DNA from: Thainema sp.
Lineage (GTDB): Bacteria > Cyanobacteriota > Cyanobacteriia > Phormidesmidales > Phormidesmidaceae
Assembly: GCA_052168235.1 (NCBI GenBank)
Contig: JBQLZK010000008.1
Location: forward strand, 1-64,000
Direction: 5' to 3'
Length of the DNA stretch: 64,000 bases
The position numbers and the translations under genes are program-made. Positions 57,048-64,000 of the stretch are shown here, piece after piece (the stretch's first letter is position 1; each line of letters begins with the position of its first letter). Below the pieces are notes generated by a model, which made no database searches, was not told the origin of the DNA, and saw only the letters and a list, made by a program, of their open reading frames with translations.

Positions 57048-60000
57048 ATGAGTTCAACCGTTCATTCCTCTGGTGATGCATTTAGCTCCAACGCAACAGG
57101 TGTCCAAGTGTTGACAGAACCCGTGTCTCCATCCAAAACATCCGAATCAGATCTTCTACTCCGCCGCCGTATCCGAATGATGGAGGGGATTTGGGAGTCT
57201 GTCCTACAGCAAGAATGCGGCCAGGAACTCCTCGATTTGCTGCGACAGCTTCGCTCCATGTCGTCCCCAGAAGGGCAGGCTCCGCTGACGCCAAACATTG
57301 AGCCGCTAGAGATCATTGAAGAGCTAGAGCTGGATGATGCCATCCGAGCAGCGCGTGCGTTTGCGCTCTACTTTCAGCTCATTAACATTGTGGAGCAACA
57401 CTATGAGCAGCGAGGGCAGCAGGCTCAATATCGCGCTGGACAAGATGCCAATGTAACAGACGCCAATAATAGATCAACGTCTGCCCAGGTCGTTGCTGAG
57501 TCAGAATCCAGCAGTGTTGCAGCGCCAATGGAAACCGACGACAGCGCTCGGGGATTGCAAGCTGAGATTTTAGAGAAAAGCTGGCAAGATAGCGATCGCA
57601 CATCGCAGCGTAAGATGGGCAACTTTCATTCCCTCTTTCCGCAGCTGCATCGACTCAACGTGCCACCGCAGCACATCCAAAGGCTGATTGATCAGCTTGA
57701 TATTCGGCTAGTCTTCACCGCACACCCGACCGAAATTGTCCGGCACACCATTCGCGACAAACAGCGCCGCATTGCCGGGATTCTGCGTAAACTCGACCGG
57801 GTTGAAGACGGCAACACCATATCGGCTTGGGAAGCGGATCGGCTGCGGCAGCAGCTCACGGAAGAAGTGCGGCTCTGGTGGCGCACTGACGAGCTGCATC
57901 AGTTCAAGCCCTCTGTTTTGGATGAAGTAGACTTCACGCTGCACTACTTTGACGAGGTGCTGTTTGAGGCAATTCCGCTGCTGTACGAGCGGTTCGCCCA
58001 CGCCCTGAAAAATGTTTATCCCCACATGCGTCCGCCCCAGCATGATTTCTGTAAATTTGGCTCTTGGGTGGGAGCCGACCGGGATGGCAACCCCTCGGTC
58101 ACGCCTGCCATCACCTGGAAAACTGCCTGCTACCAGCGTAACTTGGTCCTCGTCAAGTACATTCACTCTGTGCGCAAGCTGACTCAACTGCTGAGTCTCT
58201 CGCTGCACTGGAGTGACGTGCTGCCCAATCTGCTGGAATCCCTAGAGCAGGATCAGATGCAGATGCCGGATGTCTACGATTCGCTGGCGATTCGCTATCG
58301 TCAAGAACCCTATCGGCTGAAGCTAGCCTACATTTGCCGCCGCTTAGAAAATACCCGCAATCGCAGTCTCCAGCTGTACAATGGCGACCATCTCCAGACG
58401 GAACCAGAGGTCAATCCAGCCACGATGTATCGCTCAGGGGAAGAATTTCTGGCCGAACTGCGGCTGATTCAGCACAATCTTAAGGAGACAGGTTTGTCCT
58501 GTACCGAACTAGATACGCTGATTTGCCAGGTCGAAATCTATGGGTTTAGCTTGGCGCGACTCGATATTCGCCAGGAAAGCTCACGCCATTCCGACACGAT
58601 CAACGAAATCACCGAATACCTCCAGCTTCTGGATAAGCCCTACAGCGAACTGTCGGAGCCAGAGCGTACAGAGTGGTTGGTCAAAGAGCTTCAAACGCGC
58701 CGTCCGCTGATTCCCAATGAGCTGCCCTTCTCGGACAAGGCCAACGAAACGATTGAAACCCTGCGCATGGTGAGACGGCTGCACCAAGAGTTTGGTGAGA
58801 GCATCTGCCGCAGCTATGTGATCAGCATGAGCCACCACGTCAGCGACCTGCTGGAGGTGCTGCTGCTGGCCAAAGAAGCAGGGCTTTACGATCCGGCGTC
58901 GGGCATTAGCAGCCTGCGAGTCGTGCCGCTATTTGAGACGGTGGAAGACCTGAAGCGGGCACCAACCGTTATGTATGAGCTATTTGAGCTACCGCTGTAT
59001 CGGAATATGCTCTACGGTGGTGATCCAGATGCAAAGCTGGCATCCAGCCAAAACCTGACACCGCCTGACTCAGTGCCGCTGCAAGAGGTAATGCTGGGCT
59101 ATTCCGACAGCAATAAGGATTCTGGCTTTCTCAGCAGCAATTGGGAAATTCACAAGGCGCAGCAGGCTCTGCAAGCAACGGCGGAACCCTATGGGGTAGC
59201 GCTCCAGATCTTCCACGGTCGCGGCGGCTCAGTCGGTCGTGGTGGTGGCCCCGCTTATGAGGCAATCCTGGCTCAGCCCGGTAAGAGCATCAGCGGTCGG
59301 ATTAAAATCACCGAACAGGGCGAGGTGCTGGCCTCGAAGTACAATCTGCAAGAGCTGGCGCTATACAACTTGGAAACGGTGGCAACAGCCGTGATCGAGG
59401 CCAGTCTACTCAGTACCAGCTTTGATGAGATTACGCCCTGGAACGAAATCATGGAGGAGCTGGCCTCTAAATCGCGATCGCACTATCGCGCCCTGATTTA
59501 TGAACAGCCGGATCTGGTTGAGTTCTTCCATCAGGTGACGCCGATTGAAGAAATCAGTCAGCTGCAAATTAGCTCCCGCCCAGCACGGCGGGGTGGCAAG
59601 AAGGATTTATCCAGCCTACGGGCCATTCCCTGGGTGTTTAGCTGGACGCAAACTCGCTTCCTGCTGCCTTCTTGGTACGGCGTAGGCACGGCACTGCAAG
59701 ATTTCCTAGAGAAAGAGCCGGAAGAGCATCTGAAGCTGCTGCGCTATTTCTACTACAAGTGGCCGTTCTTCCGGATGGCAGTTTCCAAGGTGGAAATGAC
59801 GCTATCGAAGGTGGATCTGCAAATTGCTCGCTACTACGTCGATGAGCTGACGCAGCCGGAAAATAAAGAGCGGTTTGATGACATGTTTGAGCAGATTGCT
59901 CAAGAATACCGACTCACCTCTGACCTCGTCCTGAAAATTACGGGGCACGAGCGTCTACTGGATGGCGACCCGGAACTTCAGCGCTCGGTGCAGTTACGTA

Positions 60001-60176
60001 ACGGCACCATTGTGCCTCTCGGCTTCCTGCAGGTGTCGCTGCTGAAGCGCCTGCGCCAGCACAAGTCCCAGGCCGGAGCGGGCATTATTCGTTCTCGCTA
60101 CAGTCGCGGTGAACTGCTGCGCGGGGCACTGCTGACGATTAATGGCATTGCTGCCGGAATGCGAAATACGGGCTAA
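57048..60176 (+). CDS. ppc: Phosphoenolpyruvate carboxylase
   Basis: [58 protein letters not shown]. Confidence 0.98.
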   Translation: MSSTVHSSGDAFSSNATGVQVLTEPVSPSKTSESDLLLRRRIRMMEGIWESVLQQECGQELLDLLRQLRSMSSPEGQAPLTPNIEPLEIIEELELDDAIRAARAFALYFQLINIVEQHYEQRGQQAQYRAGQDANVTDANNRSTSAQVVAESESSSVAAPMETDDSARGLQAEILEKSWQDSDRTSQRKMGNFHSLFPQLHRLNVPPQHIQRLIDQLDIRLVFTAHPTEIVRHTIRDKQRRIAGILRKLDRVEDGNTISAWEADRLRQQLTEEVRLWWRTDELHQFKPSVLDEVDFTLHYFDEVLFEAIPLLYERFAHALKNVYPHMRPPQHDFCKFGSWVGADRDGNPSVTPAITWKTACYQRNLVLVKYIHSVRKLTQLLSLSLHWSDVLPNLLESLEQDQMQMPDVYDSLAIRYRQEPYRLKLAYICRRLENTRNRSLQLYNGDHLQTEPEVNPATMYRSGEEFLAELRLIQHNLKETGLSCTELDTLICQVEIYGFSLARLDIRQESSRHSDTINEITEYLQLLDKPYSELSEPERTEWLVKELQTRRPLIPNELPFSDKANETIETLRMVRRLHQEFGESICRSYVISMSHHVSDLLEVLLLAKEAGLYDPASGISSLRVVPLFETVEDLKRAPTVMYELFELPLYRNMLYGGDPDAKLASSQNLTPPDSVPLQEVMLGYSDSNKDSGFLSSNWEIHKAQQALQATAEPYGVALQIFHGRGGSVGRGGGPAYEAILAQPGKSISGRIKITEQGEVLASKYNLQELALYNLETVATAVIEASLLSTSFDEITPWNEIMEELASKSRSHYRALIYEQPDLVEFFHQVTPIEEISQLQISSRPARRGGKKDLSSLRAIPWVFSWTQTRFLLPSWYGVGTALQDFLEKEPEEHLKLLRYFYYKWPFFRMAVSKVEMTLSKVDLQIARYYVDELTQPENKERFDDMFEQIAQEYRLTSDLVLKITGHERLLDGDPELQRSVQLRNGTIVPLGFLQVSLLKRLRQHKSQAGAGIIRSRYSRGELLRGALLTINGIAAGMRNTG

Positions 60177-60188
60177 TTGCTTCAACCT

Positions 60189-60225
60189 GCGATCGCACTT
60201 TCCCAGTGTCTGAAAGTGCGATCGC
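60189..60225 (+). terminator. HIP1-closed hairpin immediately after ppc
   Basis: gcgatcgcacttt-N11-aaagtgcgatcgc; no adjacent U-run, so termination is uncertain. Confidence 0.4.
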
Positions 60226-60288
60226 TCAGCTCATCACGGATCATTTTCTTTTCTTTGTTCTTCTAATTCTCGAATCGTCTGCCACCAG

Positions 60289-60412
60289 TAGTAATTTTCA
60301 GATTTTCCTTTTGCACTTTGCAAACCAAAACCTAGAAGGGGATATTGTGCCGCCGCAGTGCGGCGGCACAATATCCCCTTCTAGGTTTTGATTACAGATA
60401 TGAAATGACCTA
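60289..60412. mobile_element. 124-bp MITE-like element with a perfect 32-bp hairpin
   Basis: tagtaattttca / tgaaatgaccta ends; stem 60326-60390; right-end TA is part of the RND stop codon. Confidence 0.75.
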
Positions 60413-63400
60413 AAAATGTTCTTCCGAGTAGGATGGGTCGCCGCTGGAACTCGATGAGCCATCTGGTGATTGACCATCAGCGTTATCATATCCATTCCCA
60501 GATGGGCCATCATAAGCATAGTCAGAATGGTGTCCTCGGTGAGGACTGAGCCGATTTGTAATTTGCTTAATCACAATGTAGAGAATCGGCACCACAAACA
60601 AGCTCAAGAAGGTTGAAATAAACATGCCGCCAAACACTGCCGTTCCCAGAGACTGACGGCTTGCTGCTCCAGCACCCGTTGCAATGACCAAAGGGAAAAT
60701 ACCGCTCAGTGTCGAAATTGCCGTCATCAAAATTGGGCGAAGCCGTTGCTGAGCCGCTTCTAAAGCGGCTTTCGTAATAGACAAACCCTGCTCACGCAGT
60801 TGGTTGGCAAACTCCACAATCAGAATCGAGTTTTTGCTGGCCAGTCCAATCAGCATCACCAGACCAATCTGGCAATACACATCATTTGAGAACCCGCGTA
60901 GGCTTTGAGCGATCAGCGCTCCCAAAACCGCCAGCGGCACGGCAAACATAATGATTGTCGGGTCAACGTAGCTCTCATACTGCGCCGCTAGAACTAGAAA
61001 TACCAGCACCAAGCCCAGACCGAAAATAATCGGTGCTTGACCGCCGGATTCAATTTCCTCTAGCGAAGTGCCCGACCATTCATAGCCTAAACTCGGTGGT
61101 AATACCTGCGCCGCCACCTGCTCCATTGCTTGAATTGCGGTTCCAGAACTGGCCCCCGGTGCTGCTTGGCCATTAATTTCAATCGAGCGGAAAAGATTGT
61201 AGTGGTTGATTGTCTGTGCGCCCGTGGTTGATGTCACCGTGACCAAGTTGGCCATCGGAATCATCTGTCCCTCGCTAGACCGCACATAGAGCTGATTGAT
61301 GTCGTCAGGATTGGAGCGGAATGGCTCGTCAGCCTGCACGTAAACACGATAGGTGCGTCGGCCCAGGTTGAAGTTGTTGACAAACTGAGATCCCAAATAG
61401 ATTTGCAGCGTTGAGAAAATGTCGTCTACATTTACGCCCAAGCTCTTGGCGCGATCGCGGTTTACCTCCACCAATAACTGAGGCGTATTGGCCGCATAGG
61501 TACTAAACACGTTTTGCAAATTGGGGTTCTGATTGGCAGCCCCCAGCAGCGCACCCATGTTTTGCACGAGGGTTTGGATATCTACGCCGCGCCGATCCTG
61601 GAGCTGGAACTGGAAGCCACCAAAGCTGCCTAAACCCTGGATGGAGGGTGGATTGACGGGCAGAACCCTAGCATCCGTCAGTCCCATCAGCGGGCCACGA
61701 ACGCGATTAATGATAGCCTGAGCTGATTGATCTGGATCTTTCCGTTCTGACCAGGGCGTCAGCGTGGTAAACACAATGCCACTGTTGGCCGTGCCGCCAC
61801 CAAAGCTGAAACCACCCACCGCAAAGGTGGCTCGCACTTCATCCAGCGGCAGCAAAATTTGCTCAATCTGCTCCATCACGTCGCGGGTATAGTTGAGCGA
61901 TACCCCCTCTGGCCCTTGCACAATCGTAATGAAATAGCCCTGGTCTTCATCCGGTAAAAAGGCCGACGGCACGCTGGTATATATCCAGAACGTACAGAGC
62001 AACAGCAGGGCAAAGACGCCTATCACCACCGATTTGATCCGCACCAGCAGTTCAAGTATCCGACCATAGCCGTTGCGAACGGCATCCAAAAAGTGGTTAA
62101 AGGCATCAAAAATCCGACCAACCCAGCCATGTCGGGGCGGATTGCGCCGCAGTAAGAGGCCGGATAGTGTCGGCGTTAGGGTAAGAGCGTTAAAGGTGGA
62201 AACTGCGATCGCAAATGCAATCGTCAGCGCAAACTGGCGATACAGCGCTCCCGTAGTGCCTGGGAAAAAGGCCACGGGAATAAACACCGCCATCAGGACG
62301 AGGGATGTAGCAATGACCGCTCCGGTTAGCTCCCGCATCGCCACAATTGCCGCCTTACGAGGGTGCATACCCTGCTCAATCTTGGCCGCCACGTTTTCCA
62401 CGACAACAATGGCATCGTCCACCACCATGCCGGTCGCCAACGTCAAGCCAAACAGAGTCAAGCTGTTAATCGAAAAACCAAAGATCCGCACAAAGAAGAA
62501 CGTGCCGATTAGGGAAATCGGGATGGTGACTGCCGGAATGACGGTCGTGCGCCAGTCCTGCAAAAAGATGAAGATGACCGCAACAACCAAACCAACAGCT
62601 GCCAGCAGTGTCCAAACCACCTCAGACAGCGACTGCTCAACGTAGTCCGTGGTGTCAAAACCAATGTCATACTGCATGCCAGGCGGAAAGTCTGCCGCCA
62701 ATTCTGCCATTCGCGCTCTAACGCCCCGCGCTACGTCGAGGGCATTACTGCCTGGAATCTGATTGATACCCAGTCCAACGGCCTCATTGCCGCGAAAGCG
62801 CAAAAAGCTGCTGTAATCTTCTGCCCCTAGCTCTACCCGGCCCACATCTTTTAGCTGAGTCAGCGCTCCACTCTCGCTGGTGGCAATAATGATATCTTCA
62901 AATTCCTCAACACTCTCTAGCCGACTTTCGGCCCGCACATCAATCTGAAACGGTTGATCAGACGGCTGTTGACCAATTCGGCCTGCACCAATTTGGATAT
63001 TTTGTTCCCGCAGCGCATTGGTAACATCCTGCGCGGTTAAATTCCGAGCCGCGAGTCGATTCGGGTCAAGCCACAGCCGCATGGCGTATCGGCGTTCACC
63101 AAAAATCTGCACGTTACCGACGCCGTTCACCCGCTTTAGCTCATCAACGATATATAAATCGGCATAATTGCTCAAAAAGGTGCTGTCATACTCACCATCA
63201 TCTGAAAACAGGCCAAAACCCATTAACAGGCTGCTGGACTGCTTACTGACGCTGATACCTGTCCGGGTAACCGCTTCAGGCAACTGGGCCTCGGCTACAG
63301 ATACCCGATTCTGTACGTCAACCGCAGCAATATCCTGGTCACGAGTGGCATCGAATGTGACGGTAATATTGCTGACGCCGCTGTTAGTACTGTTAGACGT

Positions 63401-63637
63401 GATGTAGCGCAGTCCCTCAACCCCGTTGATTTCCCGCTCCAGGATATTAGTCACGGCTTCTTCAACCGTCTGGGCATCAGCACCAATATAGTTGGCCGTG
63501 ACGGAAACCTGTTTGGGGCTGATATCGGGATACTGGGCAACTGGTAGCGTCGGAATGCTAACCACTCCAATCAGCAGCACAATCAAGGCGCAAACGGTGG
63601 TGAAAACTGGGCGTTTGATGAAGTAGTCAACAAACAT
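60410..63637 (-). CDS. RND efflux permease (HAE1/AcrB-like)
   Basis: FIKRPVF, LPVAQYP, GMVVDDAIVVVEN, KNSILIVEF, RLRPILMT. Confidence 0.95.
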   Translation of the reverse strand: MFVDYFIKRPVFTTVCALIVLLIGVVSIPTLPVAQYPDISPKQVSVTANYIGADAQTVEEAVTNILEREINGVEGLRYITSNSTNSGVSNITVTFDATRDQDIAAVDVQNRVSVAEAQLPEAVTRTGISVSKQSSSLLMGFGLFSDDGEYDSTFLSNYADLYIVDELKRVNGVGNVQIFGERRYAMRLWLDPNRLAARNLTAQDVTNALREQNIQIGAGRIGQQPSDQPFQIDVRAESRLESVEEFEDIIIATSESGALTQLKDVGRVELGAEDYSSFLRFRGNEAVGLGINQIPGSNALDVARGVRARMAELAADFPPGMQYDIGFDTTDYVEQSLSEVVWTLLAAVGLVVAVIFIFLQDWRTTVIPAVTIPISLIGTFFFVRIFGFSINSLTLFGLTLATGMVVDDAIVVVENVAAKIEQGMHPRKAAIVAMRELTGAVIATSLVLMAVFIPVAFFPGTTGALYRQFALTIAFAIAVSTFNALTLTPTLSGLLLRRNPPRHGWVGRIFDAFNHFLDAVRNGYGRILELLVRIKSVVIGVFALLLLCTFWIYTSVPSAFLPDEDQGYFITIVQGPEGVSLNYTRDVMEQIEQILLPLDEVRATFAVGGFSFGGGTANSGIVFTTLTPWSERKDPDQSAQAIINRVRGPLMGLTDARVLPVNPPSIQGLGSFGGFQFQLQDRRGVDIQTLVQNMGALLGAANQNPNLQNVFSTYAANTPQLLVEVNRDRAKSLGVNVDDIFSTLQIYLGSQFVNNFNLGRRTYRVYVQADEPFRSNPDDINQLYVRSSEGQMIPMANLVTVTSTTGAQTINHYNLFRSIEINGQAAPGASSGTAIQAMEQVAAQVLPPSLGYEWSGTSLEEIESGGQAPIIFGLGLVLVFLVLAAQYESYVDPTIIMFAVPLAVLGALIAQSLRGFSNDVYCQIGLVMLIGLASKNSILIVEFANQLREQGLSITKAALEAAQQRLRPILMTAISTLSGIFPLVIATGAGAASRQSLGTAVFGGMFISTFLSLFVVPILYIVIKQITNRLSPHRGHHSDYAYDGPSGNGYDNADGQSPDGSSSSSGDPSYSEEHF

Positions 63638-63744
63638 AGAACTTATGAATAAAACGTAGATACAGTGGAATCGAAACTATCGAAATGCAGGGACTGCCCG
63701 ATTCATTATTCCTCTATGGAAGTCCGGTACATCACGGCGAAAGC

Positions 63745-63999
63745 TTAGGGAGAGGGCGGTTGTCCCGGCGGTGGAGCTGCACCAGCGGGTTGAATGGGTG
63801 CGCCATCGGTCAGATTGAGAATACCAGACACCACAATGGTTTCACCGGGTTCTAAGCCGCTGATAATTTGATAGTTATCGCCTTGGATATCACCGAGTTC
63901 AACCGCTCGCTGCTGGGCCACAAGCTGAGGCGCTTCACCTGCCGGATTCGCTGCTGCACCACCACCTGTGCCTGCGCCGCCTAACTCAGCATTACTCTC
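63745..63999 (-). CDS. RND membrane fusion protein, C-terminal part (truncated by window edge)
   Basis: Translated by hand: ...LVAQQRAVELGDIQGDNYQIISGLEPGETIVVSGILNLTDGAPIQP...*. Confidence 0.85.
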   Translation of the reverse strand, partial: ESNAELGGAGTGGGAAANPAGEAPQLVAQQRAVELGDIQGDNYQIISGLEPGETIVVSGILNLTDGAPIQPAGAAPPPGQPPSP

Positions 64000-64000
64000 T

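Larger units (their letters stand above)
1..64000. repeat. HIP1 octamer GCGATCGC dispersed across the window
   Basis: Dozens of copies in coding and intergenic DNA, for example 126-133, 26688, 26711, 49230, 50759, 60189. Confidence 0.95.

Noticed and set aside
3297..60390. Hairpin repeats as a CRISPR array or integron attC sites
   Set aside because: They are dispersed, differ in sequence, lack regular spacers and RYYYAAC/GTTRRRY ends, and no cas or integrase gene is present
60206..60519. Two short ORFs sharing NQNLEGDIVPP.CGGTISPSRF on opposite strands
   Set aside because: Artefact of translating the perfect 32-bp palindrome

Overview
Core-chromosome segment of a cyanobacterium (the HIP1 octamer GCGATCGC occurs throughout; gene content suggests a filamentous Leptolyngbya-like organism, which is an inference). 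Recognisable genes: amiC-murI-sds, a TRAP solute-binding lipoprotein, an SLH/OprB porin, a BI-1/YccA protein, a triuret-hydrolase-like cysteine hydrolase, a ferredoxin plus Rieske oxygenase pair, cobQ, an Rbp3-type RNA-binding protein, murF, a GH3 acyl-adenylate ligase, a TAXI receptor, an RsbU-like phosphatase and a STAS protein, a class I DAHP synthase, a ferritin-like diiron protein, mazE, an MBOAT plus SGNH-like pair, ppc and an RND efflux pump. I saw no rRNA, tRNA or CRISPR array. Main unusual signals: (1) about ten intergenic 75-150 bp mini-elements that differ in sequence but share one architecture, a near-perfect 19-32 bp hairpin usually inside imperfect terminal inverted repeats ending in TA; (2) a nested ~300 bp repeat-in-repeat insertion that stays in frame inside the GH3 gene; (3) a dispersed GH3 / Rieske-ferredoxin / diiron enzyme set that may form an orphan pathway; (4) two secreted proteins with extreme Asp-rich tails; (5) two candidate sRNAs; (6) a HIP1-bounded AT-rich island with an orphan antitoxin. 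All family calls come from motif recognition by eye; no database searches were run.
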